Source: Octopus bimaculoides (lineage: Eukaryota). Taken from it: DNA of 64,000 bases. The notes under the pieces are model-generated. The model was not told the origin of the DNA and did no database searches. It saw only the letters and a list, made by a program, of their open reading frames with translations. The stretch spans positions 2,026,127 through 2,090,126 of the forward strand of contig NC_068997.1 in NCBI RefSeq assembly GCF_001194135.2, given 5' to 3'. Position numbers and translations under genes: made by a program. This document shows, piece after piece, positions 1 to 13,780 of this stretch (position 1 is the stretch's first letter; each line of letters starts with the position of its first letter).

Positions 1-34
<34 letters not shown>

Positions 35-335
35 TATGCATATATATATGTATGTTTGTGTGTATATATGTATCTATGTATGTATCTATACGCATACATA
101 CATATGTACAAGAATACCTATGCATGTATATATATATATATACATATATATATATGCTATACATACCAAAAGTTATTCTTCTTTCAGATAAATTTTGCAA
201 TTTTACTTTGGTGCTGCTGCTGTTTTGTCCCAGGTCAGGTGTGATCAAGTCCATTAATTTGTATTACTTATCCGCCTATAGGTTTTCTGTCCTATACTTA
301 TCTACATAGCTATGTGCTTCTATATGTTTTTATTG

Positions 336-378
<43 letters not shown>

Positions 379-391
379 NNNNNNNNNNATA

Positions 392-423
<32 letters not shown>

Positions 424-929
424 CATACATATATAAAACATACATGCATTCATTGTATGTTTAGCCATGTTTGTATAACAGTGTATATTATACACTTTAG
501 TTTTCTTTTTAATTTAGCACTAAAATTGATGTGTATAATAGCCGGAAGCTAATGTCGTTGAATACCTATTGTGTTGTTGAGACAAGTCTCTTGCAAAATT
601 ATAGGAACACAAATTTAAAAATATATATGTATATATAGCAATGATATAGTTAACTTTGTTTAATATCAAAACAGCGTGTAGATTGGAAGATTTCTCGCTA
701 AAGAATACTTGGAGGTAATAATTGGCAATTTTTCCTGTTATCGCCTTTGGCAGGATTGATATCTAATCTGATCAAAGCAATAACAATCTTACTTGATTTT
801 TATCTGGTAGCTGCTGAATTAAATATATTACTTAATATGTATTGATTTCTAGAACTGGAGCGCACACATTTGCAGATTGTATCAAGCGTCACATGGGAGA
901 ATATTGTAGATATTACAGCAACACCGGTA

Positions 930-1015
930 TTTTTGACATGGGTTCATGTTATCGGTCCCCGGAAGGATGAAAGGTACACCTGACACTGATGGAGTTTCGA
1001 CCTTCAAACGTAAGC
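930..1015 (-). mobile_element. SINE family B fragment (core only)
   Basis: Reverse complement resembles the ...gtcgactttgcctttcatcctttcggggtcgataa... core shared by about 12 copies in this window; boundaries approximate. Confidence 0.55.
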
Positions 1016-1188
1016 ATTCGTAATAAAGTGTGGCAACAAATTTGATCTATCAGTTTTTTGTGTTTGCTAAAGACCGACCATAGTATAGTGGTTTTCCATA
1101 TAAGTGTGTGTGCACGTAAATAAATATACATGCATATATGTATGTATGTATATATGTATATACATGCATACATACATACATACATATA

Positions 1189-1223
<35 letters not shown>

Positions 1224-2274
1224 NNNNNNNNNNNNNNNNNNNNNNNNNNNNNNNNNNNNNNNNNNNNNNNNNNNNNNNNNNNNNNNNNNNNNNNNNNNNN
1301 NNNNNNNNNNNNNNNNNNNNNNNNNNNNNNNNNNNNNNNNNNNNNNNNNNNNNNNNNNNNNNNNNNNNNNNNNNNNNNNNNNNNNNNNNNNNNNNNNNNN
1401 NNNNNNNNNNNNNNNNNNNNNNNNNNNNNNNNNNNNNNNNNNNNNNNNNNNNNNNNNNNNNNNNNNNNNNNNNNNNNNNNNNNNNNNNNNNNNNNNNNNN
1501 NNNNNNNNNNNNNNNNNNNNNNNNNNNNNNNNNNNNNNNNNNNNNNNNNNNNNNNNNNNNNNNNNNNNNNNNNNNNNNNNNNNNNNNNNNNNNNNNNNNN
1601 NNNNNNNNNNNNNNNNNNNNNNNNNNNNNNNNNNNNNNNNNNNNNNNNNNNNNNNNNNNNNNNNNNNNNNNNNNNNNNNNNNNNNNNNNNNNNNNNNNNN
1701 NNNNNNNNNNNNNNNNNNNNNNNNNNNNNNNNNNNNNNNNNNNNNNNNNNNNNNNNNNNNNNNNNNNNNNNNNNNNNNNNNNNNNNNNNNNNNNNNNNNN
1801 NNNNNNNNNNNNNNNNNNNNNNNNNNNNNNNNNNNNNNNNNNNNNNNNNNNNNNNNNNNNNNNNNNNNNNNNNNNNNNNNNNNNNNNNNNNNNNNNNNNN
1901 NNNNNNNNNNNNNNNNNNNNNNNNNNNNNNNNNNNNNNNNNNNNNNNNNNNNNNNNNNNNNNNNNNNNNNNNNNNNNNNNNNNNNNNNNNNNNNNNNNNN
2001 NNNNNNNNNNNNNNNNNNNNNNNNNNNNNNNNNNNNNNNNNNNNNNNNNNNNNNNNNNNNNNNNNNNNNNNNNNNNNNNNNNNNNNNNNNNNNNNNNNNN
2101 NNNNNNNNNNNNNNNNNNNNNNNNNATATATACCCATACATGCAGACGTACATACAAACATATGTTTATTTTTATATATGTATATATGTGTGTGTATGTA
2201 TATGAACATATCTATATATATATTCGAAACACTTCTCATTTTTTTCGTTTACCAACAATCCGCTTACTCGTGAT

Positions 2275-2380
2275 TTTCTCATAGAAGACACTTCTCAAAC
2301 GGTGTCGTGCTACGGGATCAACCTGGAACCATCCACTTACAAAGCTAATGTCTTAATCAGCAAGCCATTTCTCCCCTCCA
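2275..2380 (-). mobile_element. SINE family A, tRNA-derived head fragment
   Basis: atagaagacacttctcaaacggtgtcg...aacctggaacc is the reverse complement of the family A head (ggttccaggtt...ttgggcaagtgtcttctactat). Confidence 0.6.
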
Positions 2381-3304
2381 TTCCATTATTCAACAATCCT
2401 CACACCATTTGCCTATGTAACACACAAAATCCTTTTAACTGCTTAATATAGTCATCGACGAAATGTGGATTGCATCACGCTATCGATCAGAAATACATAC
2501 TGGCGTCCATTTTGTTATTGTCTCGCCTGGCTAAGCACGTGATGGTAGCCATTTTAGTTGTCCACTTTTAGCAAAAGCCCACATTTGAAATGTCAATAAT
2601 TCAACCTATCAATCATAATCTATTAAAAAAAATGTTATCTGCATAAATAGTTACCTTGCTATCATCATGCAACAACCTTACATGTATGTATTTATACTAA
2701 TGTATCTTTATTATTAATCTTTATTCCTTACTATCTCCTGCAACATCGCTTTTTTCCTCACCACCACCGCTCTCTTCTTCACTATCATCCCTTCTTCACT
2801 ATCATCCCTTCTTCTACCCCAACCCGTTCATCATCAACGTTTTCTGCTCCGTCACCATTACTCCTTTTGCAACATTCTGTGCCACTACATCTTCCCACAT
2901 TACCCCTACTACTGCTTCCACCACTACTACCACCAACAACACCAACAACAACAATACTACAACAAAAGGCCACTAACTCCTACATTACCAAAAATATCTA
3001 TCGCAATAGCCATTTGGATCGAACTGCAGTTTTCTATAGAAATATCTGCAAACAATGTTTGATGTTATTCTTTGCCTTCAACGTAGTCATTACAACCGTA
3101 ACCACCATCACAAAAATGCATTTCAAAGGACAAAATATTTAAAAATAATACACAGAAACAAAAACACAAAACAAAAACACACTTTTAAAATGATATTTAG
3201 ATATTTGTTTCAATAGATGTCATCTAGGAAGTTGTTTTGTGTATTTAATTATTTTCTGTTTTACTCCAAGCTATTTCATTTTTATTTAAATGACAATCAG
3301 AATT

Positions 3305-3388
3305 ACAGACTATCTATCTATCTATTTATCAATCTATCGATCTATCTATCTATCTATCTATCTGTCTGTCTGTCTGTCTGTCTGTATG

Positions 3389-3477
<89 letters not shown>

Positions 3478-3564
3478 CTATCTATTTATCTATCTAACTA
3501 TCTCTTTATGTGTATATTTATTTATCTGCCTATCTGCATGTATATGTATACGTATATGTATATG

Positions 3565-3650
<86 letters not shown>
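3305..3650. repeat. Compound microsatellite (TATC)n-(TGTC)n-(TA)n-(TG)n, representative of dozens in the window
   Basis: Directly visible; accounts for the IYLS/CVCV-type spurious ORFs. Confidence 0.95.
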
Positions 3651-3654
<4 letters not shown>

Positions 3655-3944
3655 CCTGTTCCTGTATTTGAGTGTGCGTATGTGTGTTTCTATTTGTGTT
3701 CGTTCTTAGAGCCGGACCTGTTACCTGATTAATTTTCTATTTCTCTTTTATTCTACTTTATCTATTGTTGACCATGTGTAGGAGTCTTGTAGTGTTGGGT
3801 TTTTGTTTTCATAAGAACTGTATAAACAGACTAAACCTTCAATGGAATACATACACTTGCTTCAGTGGCCATATTTCATTTAAAGAAATCCACTTGTTTC
3901 GTGGATTCATTGAAGTATCTTCTATCATTTATTTTCTTTCTTTT

Positions 3945-4175
3945 ACTCTTTATATTCTACTTGCTTCAGTCATTAGACTGCAGCCATGCTGGGGCACGGC
4001 CTTTAAAATTTTTTAGTGACGTATATCGACACCAGTGCTTATTCATTTTTTAAAGCCCGGTACTTATTATATCTGTGAGTTTTGCCGAACCGGTAGGCTA
4101 CGGGTACGCAAACACATCAACACCAGTTTTCAAGTGGTGGTGGGAGACAAACACAGCCACAAGGACACACACTTA
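3945..4175 (-). mobile_element. SINE family A 3' half
   Basis: gactgcagccatgctggggcacggcc...gccgaaccggtaggctacggg...caccagtttt matches the reverse complement of the tail of the full-length copy at 18960-19360. Confidence 0.8.
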
Positions 4176-4449
4176 TATACGTATACATATATGCATATAT
4201 ATATGAATATATATATACATACGCATACATATATACACATAAACACATACATAGATACGCATATATACACATGTATATGCATATATATATATGTGTGTGA
4301 GTGTATGTGTGAGAGAACTATCTATATGTAAGGGTGTGTGTGTGTGTGTGTGTGTGTGTAGTTTTCGCGAACTGAAACGCAATTCCCCATATTCTTCTCC
4401 TTGCCTTACCTTGTTTCAATCTTTGAATCCCAATAATTTCACAGATTAA

Positions 4450-4670
4450 ATTAATGATTTCATATTTTGGCACAAGGCCAGCACTTACTTGAGAGAGTGT
4501 AAGTCGATTACACCGACCCAGTCTTCAACTGGTACTTAATTTATCGACCACGAAAGGATGAAAGACAAAGTCAGCCTCGGCGGAATTTGAACACAAGACG
4601 TAAAGACAAGCAAAAATACCGCTAAGCATTTTGCCCGGCGTGTTAACGATCGTACCAGATTGCCGCTTTT
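4450..4670 (-). mobile_element. SINE family B, near full length
   Basis: ttttggcacaaggccagc...tttatcgaccacgaaaggatgaaagacaaagtc...gctaagcattttgcccggcgtgttaacgat; tRNA-like head plus a conserved core resembling the Meta domain of metazoan SINEs (assignment from memory, not verified). Confidence 0.85.
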
Positions 4671-4709
4671 TTCCCCAGTATTAATTACTAACCGAACTTT
4701 TCAATATAT

Positions 4710-4747
<38 letters not shown>

Positions 4748-5402
4748 TATCTATGTATGCATGTACGCATGTGTATATGTATGTATGCATATATATATNN
4801 NNNNNNNNNNNNNNNNNNNNNNNNNNNNNNNNNNNNNNNNNNNNNNNNNNNNNNNNNNNNNNNNNNNNNNNNNNNNNNNNNNNNNNNNNNNNNNNNNNNN
4901 NNNNNNNNNNNNNNNNNNNNNNNNNNNNNNNNNNNNNNNNNNNNNNNNNNNNNNNNNNNNNNNNNNNNNNNNNNNNNNNNNNNNNNNNNNNNNNNNNNNN
5001 NNNNNNNNNNNNNNNNNNNNNNNNNNNNNNNNNNNNNNNNNNNNNNNNNNNNNNNNNNNNNNNNNNNNNNNNNNNNNNNNNNNNNNNNNNNNNNNNNNNN
5101 NNNNNNNNNNNNNNNNNNNNNNNNNNNNNNNNNNNNNNNNNNNNNNNNNNNNNNNNNNNNNNNNNNNNNNNNNNNNNNNNNNNNNNNNNNNNNNNNNNNN
5201 NNNNNNNNNNNNNNNNNNNNNNNNNNNNNNNNNNNNNNNNNNNNNNNNNNNNNNNNNNNNNNNNNNNNNNNNNNNNNNNNNNNNNNNNNNNNNNNNNNNN
5301 NNNNNNNNNNNNNNNNNGAGAGAGAGAGAGACAGACAGAGACAGACAAACAGAGACAGAGAGAGAGGTAAATAGAGAGAGAAAGAGAGTGAGACTGAGGT
5401 AA

Positions 5403-5436
<34 letters not shown>

Positions 5437-5929
5437 TAATTCATGTGTGAGTGCGAATTTATTCACGCACATGTTCATTAATCCATTCCCATGTATGTAG
5501 ATGTTAGTGATTCTGTGTGGATGATTCTGTGTTTCCGTTTGCTTCCTGTGTGAGATTATGTGTGAGATTATGTGTGAGTGTGTACGTGTTTAAGAAGCTA
5601 TTAGTTTCTATGAAGCTGCAGGGGAAAGACCATTTATTAATTCTTCAGTGAAATTATTCCTTAATATCAGACGAAGACAGACTCACTAAAAATAGGAACA
5701 AGTGTGGAAGCAATGAAGCAGTTAGATTACTGATTGGTTAACACTAATTGTTTTCGCCTGGATCTTATACTACAATGAAATGCGTGAAACCAGTTTCATT
5801 CATCACAGGTTCACAGACAAAGTAAACCGGATTTTGTTTTTGCACAGATGCAAGACTTCGATTTGATATAAAGAATAATTATGGGTTGGTCATCTGTCTT
5901 TTTGTGTGTTTTTTATCATTTAGGTCAGG

Positions 5930-6410
5930 AAAGGCGGCAAGCCGGCAAGACCGTTAGCACGCCGGACAAAATGCTTAGCGGCATTTCTTTCGTCCTTACG
6001 TTTTGAGTTCGAATTCGGCCGAGTCCGATTTTGTTTGTCATCCTTTTGGGGCTGATGATATAAGCATCAGTTCTGCACTGGATTCGATGTAATCCACTGG
6101 TATCCTCTCCCCAAATTTCAGGCTTTCTCCTTTAGTGGAAAGAAATATTTAGGCCAGGAGAAAGGATGCGAGCTGACAGAGTCGTTAGCAGAGTTTCGTC
6201 TGTCTTCACTTCTTCAGTCCAAATTCCGTCGATAAAATAAATACCAGTTTAGTACTGGGGGTCGATGTCATACACTAGCCCTCTGCCAAAAAATTGCAGG
6301 TTTTTTGCCAGAAGCCATTATTGTTGTTGAGGCAGAATTGTCAGCAACCCGGGCAAAATGTTTGGTGGCATTTTGTCCGTCTTTACGTTCTGTGTTCAAT
6401 GAATCATTGT
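5930..6410 (+). mobile_element. Cluster of three SINE family B copies or fragments
   Basis: Head motif ggcaga(a)tcgttagcacgccgg.caaaatgcttagcggcatttc recurs at about 5935, 6170 and 6330. Confidence 0.75.
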
Positions 6411-7300
6411 TTATAACCAGGCAGACAGAGCATGGCATCGGACTGTCGTGGAACCCTTGACTTGCTAGAAATAGCAGCCAGGATTTCCTTTCGATTAGAA
6501 TTGAATTAGAAGTGAATTCTTTGGAAAGAAACTGAAAGAATCTTTCACAAGTACGAAGTTTTAAAGATATTCTTAAATTTATTTCCATAGACTTTTAATG
6601 ATTCTTTGGTTGTTCTTTCTTCGATTACGCTTTATTCAGTTCTATTCATTTAATATTATTCTAAAAATAATTTCTTAATTAAAAATCTTATGTTAATTAT
6701 AACTCAATTCTGATATGAAAACCAATGTCCTAATAATGGATGATACTCATTCCATTGTTTGACGTCATTGCTGATTAACTGATTACTTTCGATGTAGCAC
6801 TACCAAATATGTTCGCCTCTTCAAATCCTGATTTTCAAATAAAACTGCTCACTTTGTTGTTACAGTGTGCTCCTTCCTGATGGGAACGAAACGTTAAGAA
6901 TGAAGATCTTCATTCTATAGAACATTGATGATGTACAAAAGCCATTGGTGAAGCTGGGTTGGAAACAAAGAGAATGAAATAAAACTATTATTTCAACAAT
7001 AGAGAGAAATGAATCACAGAAAGGATATGGTTTAGATGTCCGTCTTCTGAGTTCGAGACTAACATGAATCAGCTAATTTTAAATTTTGCATAAAAAAAAA
7101 AGAAATGATAAGGCAGTTGATCCCTTTCAAATGCCATTTTGATCAGACTTAACCAATTGGGTACGGAATTGTTCTCTTCATTGAAGATATAATTTGGTCA
7201 ATTAAAATTCTGAAACTGCCACTTCACATCTGCTAGAGCATATCTCACTATAAAACTCAGTATACAGGGACATCTTATACATACAAACAAACATACATAA

Positions 7301-7363
<63 letters not shown>

Positions 7364-9122
7364 CATACATACATATACAAACATACATACACANNNNNNN
7401 NNNNNNNNNNNNNNNNNNNNNNNNNNNNNNNNNNNNNNNNNNNNNNNNNNNNNNNNNNNNNNNNNNNNNNNNNNNNNNNNNNNNNNNNNNNNNNNNNNNN
7501 NNNNNNNNNNNNNNNNNNNNNNNNNNNNNNNNNNNNNNNNNNNNNNNNNNNNNNNNNNNNNNNNNNNATATATATATATATATATATATATATATACGTA
7601 TACATATATCTATATATATACACGTATACATATATCTATACACATTCACACACATGCACATGGTGATTGCTCCATCTTCACAAATGATCACTGTCTACTT
7701 GTGTGTGCTTCCTTGTTGTCATTTGCATTTCTGACTATCCGGCCATGACCTCTGAAATGACTATTCTGTCCCGCTGCAGATCTGCGTGATTTGAAGCATA
7801 AGTGACAGAGAAAAGTTATTGCATACTGTTCGCTTCATACTCAAGACATGTGTATGTGTGTGTGTTTGTTTGTGTGTTTGTGCGTATGCGCTTGTGTGTG
7901 TGTTTGGATGTGTGTGTGTAAAGAAAGAGAGGGGGAGTAGTAGAACGAGTGAGATCATGGTACGCTAGTTCATTGACAGGAAATTAAGAATTTTAACAAT
8001 TCGTCAAAGAGCACGATGGCGGTGGTGATGTATTCAAATAGTTTGCCAGAAACAAAAAAAAAATAGTAAAATACTATACACAGAAAAAAGTAGAATCGAA
8101 CCCGTTTATTTGACACCAACAATATGCAGTACACCAAACACCTGGAAAATCTTTCTTATATTGTTATCGATTATTTGTCCCAAAAGCTCTACTAATCCAA
8201 TATCCGCCCAAAACAAACGTTGACAACCGATAGACCTGCAATGAATTGAAATAATTGCGCTCGCTCGTATAAAATATTTCCAGTCACATGACAACATTCG
8301 TTGCCATCTTGCTTTCTCTTTCAGACATTTAAAAAATGTTTCGGCCGACAGCAAACAAACCCAATCAGCATAATTAATAATCGTTTATTACAGTAGTAAT
8401 AGTAGTTGTAATAAGGCATGTTTTAATCTTTGGTCGTCTACGGATGCAAATACGAGGAATGTGTGCGGGTGTTTGCGTGAGTATATGTGAGTGTTGGAAG
8501 CTTTAGATGTGTTTGAAGATACACATGTTGGTATTTATATGTACATATGAGTTTAATATCGTCTTTGCACGATAACTTATGCAAATGTGTGCTTTGTGGT
8601 TGCAGTTCCTAACCATGTATGAATGTATGTGCGAATTTCTACGTGTGNNNNNNNNNNNNNNNNNNNNNNNNNNNNNNNNNNNNNNNNNNNNNNNNNNNNN
8701 NNNNNNNNNNNNNNNNNNNNNNNNNNNNNNNNNNNNNNNNNNNNNNNNNNNNNNNNNNNNNNNNNNNNNNNNNNNNNNNNNNNNNNNNNNNNNNNNNNNN
8801 NNNNNNNNNNNNNNNNNNNNNNNNNNNNNNNNNNNNNNNNNNNNNNNNNNNNNNNNNNNNNNNNNNNNNNNNNNNNNNNNNNNNNNNNNNNNNNNNNNNN
8901 NNNNNNNNNNNNNNNNNNNNNNNNNNNNNNNNNNNNNNNNNNNNNNNNNNNNNNNNNNNNNNNNNNNNNNNNNNNNNNNNNNNNNNNNNNNNNNNNNNNN
9001 NNNNNNNNNNNNNNNNNNNNNNNNNNNNNNNNNNNNNNNATATATAAATGTATTACAAGATTAATTTCAATCACCCTTATGTACGCCTCCTCCACAAAGT
9101 TTGCCTTGCAAACAAACACTCA

Positions 9123-9171
<49 letters not shown>

Positions 9172-9970
9172 CTCTCTCCCTCTTACTCACTCTTTCACTC
9201 TCTGTATATATATATACGCACACACATACATTATATACAAGTATACGTATATATATACATATATATATAAACAAATATCGGTATAGGCATAGCAATATAT
9301 ACATAGATAGATGCATGTACATATGTGTGCATATATAATCACTTGTAAATACAGATGCATGTATCTATATATACGTATATGTATATGCATGTCCATGCAA
9401 ACCTATAACGGCTAATATTCACACAAACACACGCACACACGGACACACACGCACACAGAACTTCCTTCGTATACATAAAAACCTTTAAAAAGAAATAAGA
9501 TATACTTTGTGTTGCAAATTATCTTTTACAATTTATTATTGAATATTTAAAATTTATTCCAATCGTTGTTGTTAATTGTGGAAATATGATACATTTTTCT
9601 CGTTCATTCATTAACAATTGTAATTATATATTTGTTAATTTATTTATAATTTCTACCAATAGCAAAATACATTCCACAGCGGAAATCATTTTCCGATATG
9701 CAAACAAGGAAGGAAAAAGGTAAAAATTTAAGAAAAATCTATTTTCAAATTGACGATATAATCTGTTCAATCTATCAGGCCTCTTCCCTCTACAAGCTAC
9801 TCCTGCTATTCAAATGCCATAATCAGTTGTTGACATTTTGGAATCGTCTTCTAGAATGTGGTCAAGTTCTAGCAGTAGTCCGCCATTGTCGTGTGTTATG
9901 TAGTATTATTGCTGATAGAAATGTCACATATCTATTTCTATTCTTACACACATTCACGCACTCGCTCCCG

Positions 9971-10033
<63 letters not shown>

Positions 10034-10170
10034 NNNNNNNNNNNNNNNNNNNNNNNNNNNNNNNNNNNNNNNNNNNNNNNNNNNNNNNNNNNNNNNNNNN
10101 NNNNNNNNNNNNNNNNNNNNNNNNNNNNNNNNNNNNNNNNNNNNNNNNNNNNNNNNNNNNNNNNNNNNNN

Positions 10171-10220
<50 letters not shown>

Positions 10221-10399
10221 CAAATAATAATTGAGTAAATGCATATATACGTACATGTATGCACAGAACTACATCGACATGTATATATAGATGCACATCT
10301 GGGTACAGGACGATGTAAAAAATCGTGGACAAAATGATAAACAGAGCACAGAAAACACACAGGCCACACAGAGAACACCCCCCCTATCAGCTGCCACCA

Positions 10400-10660
10400 C
10401 TCCAAAACCAAGTGCCTCGAAGAGTTAGGGCAGGACGTATCGCCAGAATGGCTCCTTCCACGGACCACAAATTAAATTGGTACAATGGAGGAATATAGTG
10501 GCGGACAGAAAACAAGACAGGAAAATGAAACTGAAAATAAACAAAAAAGGCTATACGGTCAGACGTGAAAAATGTGTATACTGAACGCTGTGAAGCAACG
10601 AACTGGAAGGAAGCGGGACGAAGAATGTTCGGGTTCGAACTTGGTGATGGCCAAGATAAG
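10400..10660 (+). mobile_element. Highly decayed RTE/L2-like LINE ORF2 3' end
   Basis: Translation RAGRIARMAP...W..ENK...NWKEAGRRMFGFELGDG resembles the W-A-G-H-x-x-R-M...W-x-x-x-A-x-x-R C-terminal motif of RTE/L2 ORF2; contains stops. Confidence 0.4.
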
Positions 10661-10934
10661 AAAGGAAGTAGTAGCCGGACACATGTGACCAGCGAGGGGG
10701 TAAGGAGAAAGAGCGGTAGAGGGAGAAAAAGGGGAGGAAGAAGAATATAGGTGCGCAACGAGAGACAGGGAAGAAGAGAGAGATATAGTAGTGAAGGGGA
10801 GAGGCGAAGAACAACAGAAGAAAGAAAGAGAGGGGGAGAAAGATATGCATACATACATATGTGTGAGTGTGTATGTGTGTATATATACACACTCATATGT
10901 GTATGCATATGTGTATGCATGCATGTATACATAG

Positions 10935-11222
10935 TCGCAGGCGCGGCTGTGTTATAAGAGGCACGCTTCCAAACCACGTGGTTCAGCCTTCGACTAAGAA
11001 CTTGGGGTGTCAATTTAATGAGGGAAACTGAAAGACAACCGTTGGAAAAAATATGTTTGTATAAAGCTATGTGTGTGTATGTCTTTGTGTTTGTGTTTGA
11101 TCGCTACCACTGGTTGACAACCGGTATCGGTTTGTTCCCCGCCAAGTTTGACAAAAATACCCATTGAATAAGAGGCAGGCTTTTAGAGAGTATGTACCGG
11201 TCTCGATTCATTCGACTAAAAC
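10935..11222 (+). mobile_element. SINE family A, diverged and internally deleted
   Basis: gcaggcgcggctgtgtt...ggaaactgaaag...ttgacaaccggt...gattcattcgactaaa aligns by eye to 18960-19360. Confidence 0.7.
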
Positions 11223-11223
11223 T

Positions 11224-11299
11224 CATGAGTCGTTCCAGTTAACACGATACATGAGTCGTTCCAGTTAACACAATACAGGAGTCGTTCCAGTTAACACGA

Positions 11300-11300
<1 letters not shown>
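11224..11300 (+). repeat. 26-bp minisatellite, 3 copies
   Basis: catgagtcgttccagttaacacgata repeated three times with 1-2 mismatches. Confidence 0.9.
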
Positions 11301-11301
<1 letters not shown>

Positions 11302-11355
<54 letters not shown>

Positions 11356-11363
11356 TATTATTA

Positions 11364-11443
<80 letters not shown>

Positions 11444-11445
11444 TT
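11302..11445. repeat. (TTA)n microsatellite
   Basis: Directly visible. Confidence 0.95.
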
Positions 11446-11876
11446 TTTTTTTATATTTTTTTATTCATTTTGTATTCATCATTATTTTGCTTTATTCAAT
11501 TTCAGAAAAATAGTTTACCAATTGACAAATAGAAATAAAGAAGTGAAATAGAGCCAGTGCATGTGTTTATTATTGGCGTAATGACCCTCCTGAGGNNNNN
11601 NNNNNNNNNNNNNNNNNNNNNNNNNNNNNNNNNNNNNNNNNNNNNNNNNNNNNNNNNNNNNNNNNNNNNNNNNNNNNNNNNNNNNNNNNNNNNNNNNNNN
11701 NNNNNNNNNNNNNNNNNNNNNNNNNNNNNNNNNNNNNNNNNNNNNNNNNNNNNNNNNNNNNNNNNNNNNNNNNNNNNNNNNNNNNNNNNNNNNNNNNNNN
11801 NNNNNNNNNNNNNNNNNNNNNNNNNNNNNNNNNNNNNNNNNNNNNNNNNNNNNNNNNNNNNNNNNNNNNAGTGGTG

Positions 11877-11930
<54 letters not shown>

Positions 11931-11951
11931 GTGCTGGTAGTAGTAGTGATG

Positions 11952-11996
<45 letters not shown>

Positions 11997-12259
11997 ACAG
12001 TAGTTATGGTGTTGGTGCTAGTTGTAGTAGTGCTAATAGTAATGGAGATCGAAGTGGCGTGACTAAGGAAGAGAGCACCGGCGGCGCCACCACGGCTGTG
12101 GATTTGATAGAAAGTTTGGTTGAAAATTGCGAGTACATTGTTGAATAGAGAAGGAATCTGAAGAGCGCAGGAAAATACAATGATTGAAATGAGGAGGCTG
12201 GAGGGAGAATCAGGAGGAGTAAGAAAGATAAGGAGGGCACTGGTTTGAATACAGCAGAG

Positions 12260-12400
12260 TGTAGCTTTGTGGTAAGAAATTTGATTCTCGACCACATGAT
12301 TCCGGGTTCAGTTCCACTGTGTTGCTCCTTGGGTAAGTGTCTTCTACTATAGCCTCAGCTCGACCGAGGCATTGTGGGGGGATTTGGGAAACGAAAAAAT
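12260..12400 (+). mobile_element. SINE family A 5' half
   Basis: tgtggtaagaaatttgattctcgaccacatgattccgggttcagttccactg...ccttgggtaagtgtcttctactatagcctc: A/B-box tRNA head plus a CORE-like segment. Confidence 0.85.
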
Positions 12401-13487
12401 ATCCAACATGTGGACGATCTGATCCGAAACTCCGCCACGATTGAAATTAGTCATTACTCATTTTGCCCAATTTAGACATCGTTTTTTGAGAATGGAAAAT
12501 TATCAAATTAGATATTAATGTGGAAAAAAATTGGCATGGAATCCAACAGAGAAATGAAGACTAATTGTTAAACACTAAAAATTATCCAGTTGTTTCATTA
12601 GCAACCTCAATTACAATCGGGTCGAATTTGAAGAAAAGATTCCTGAAAGAAAAGTACCTCTCACCTGATTGTGTTTCAAAACTGTCTCGACTTCAACAAG
12701 AACTATGCTGACCAATTTTTACTCCCAAAAAGATGATGCATCAGAACAAATTATGCAATACTCGCAATGTAATAGCTTCAAAGATGTAGGGAGTAGATAA
12801 CAAGAAATCAGAAAATACATTTTTGCCCCACCCCCTACCGTAATTTCAAATGCTTGACGAATTTGAATGGTACAAAACAATGAAAAATGTAGACAAAAGT
12901 AAGAAAGAAAAAGGTCCGATTTAATGAAAAAAATTTGGAGATATATGCAATAATTTTATAGCCGAAAAAAAGAAAAAACGAATGTTTTTAGCTGTTGTGA
13001 GATGTATTTTTATGGCTGAAGCTAAATTCGAATTTACATTTTAGAACATTTCTTACATGTTCGTTCATAAAGAACAGTTTTCGATGGCTCGTAGAAATAA
13101 TGAAGTTTACTAGTACCAATGTATGTATGTTCATATGTGTATGTGTGTATTTGTGTGTGTGTGTGTGTGCTTGTGTGTGTGTTTGTATGTCTGTGTTGCC
13201 TAAATATATGCGTGTGTATGTAAGTGTGTGTGTGTGTGTGTGCGTGCATTAATGTGTATATAAAGTTAGTTACACTTTATCATTACTGACTAACTTTCTG
13301 CTATATTATATATTTTGATTTCTATTAATTCCCTGGGGAATTCTTCACCAGCTGCTTTGCTTAATTGTTTCAATTTGTTTTCTAAATTTTTTATTCTTTC
13401 TCTAAGACTTCATATATTTTCTTCGAAACCAGTTTTCTTTTTCATAAGCCCCTTACATACTAGCATGGACCCTCGTATATGGACTCT

Positions 13488-13780
13488 ATATCTCTGTCTG
13501 TCTGATTGTCTGTCTACCTGTCAGTTTATCGCTCTCTCTCTCTCTTTTCCCTCTCTCTCTTTCTTCCCTCTCGTTCTCTTTCTGTCCCCTGTCTCTCTCT
13601 TTCTCCATCTGTTTCTTTCTCTCTCTCACATTGTTTCTTATTGTTTCTACTAAAGATTCTGCACTTTTGAAAAAAACACAGTTATTAAAACTCTACCATC
13701 TCACCCGGTTCCCCCCACCCCATAACTGATTCTGCACTTAACAACACTTCACCCAATTCTTCTCTCCACAAAACTAAAAT
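13488..13780 (+). repeat. ~290-bp dispersed or locally duplicated segment, copy 1
   Basis: Shares ttcttattgtttctactaaagattctgcactttt...cttcacccaattct...ccacaaaactaaaa with 17620-17915. Confidence 0.85.

Noticed and set aside
11870-12130. Ser/Gly-rich open frame following the (TAG)n repeat
   Set aside because: Derived from a decaying trinucleotide repeat; no splice or domain support.
12410-12845. Possible mariner N-terminal remnant (MENYQIRY...NPTE)
   Set aside because: Similarity is too weak, with multiple stops and no matched TIR pair.
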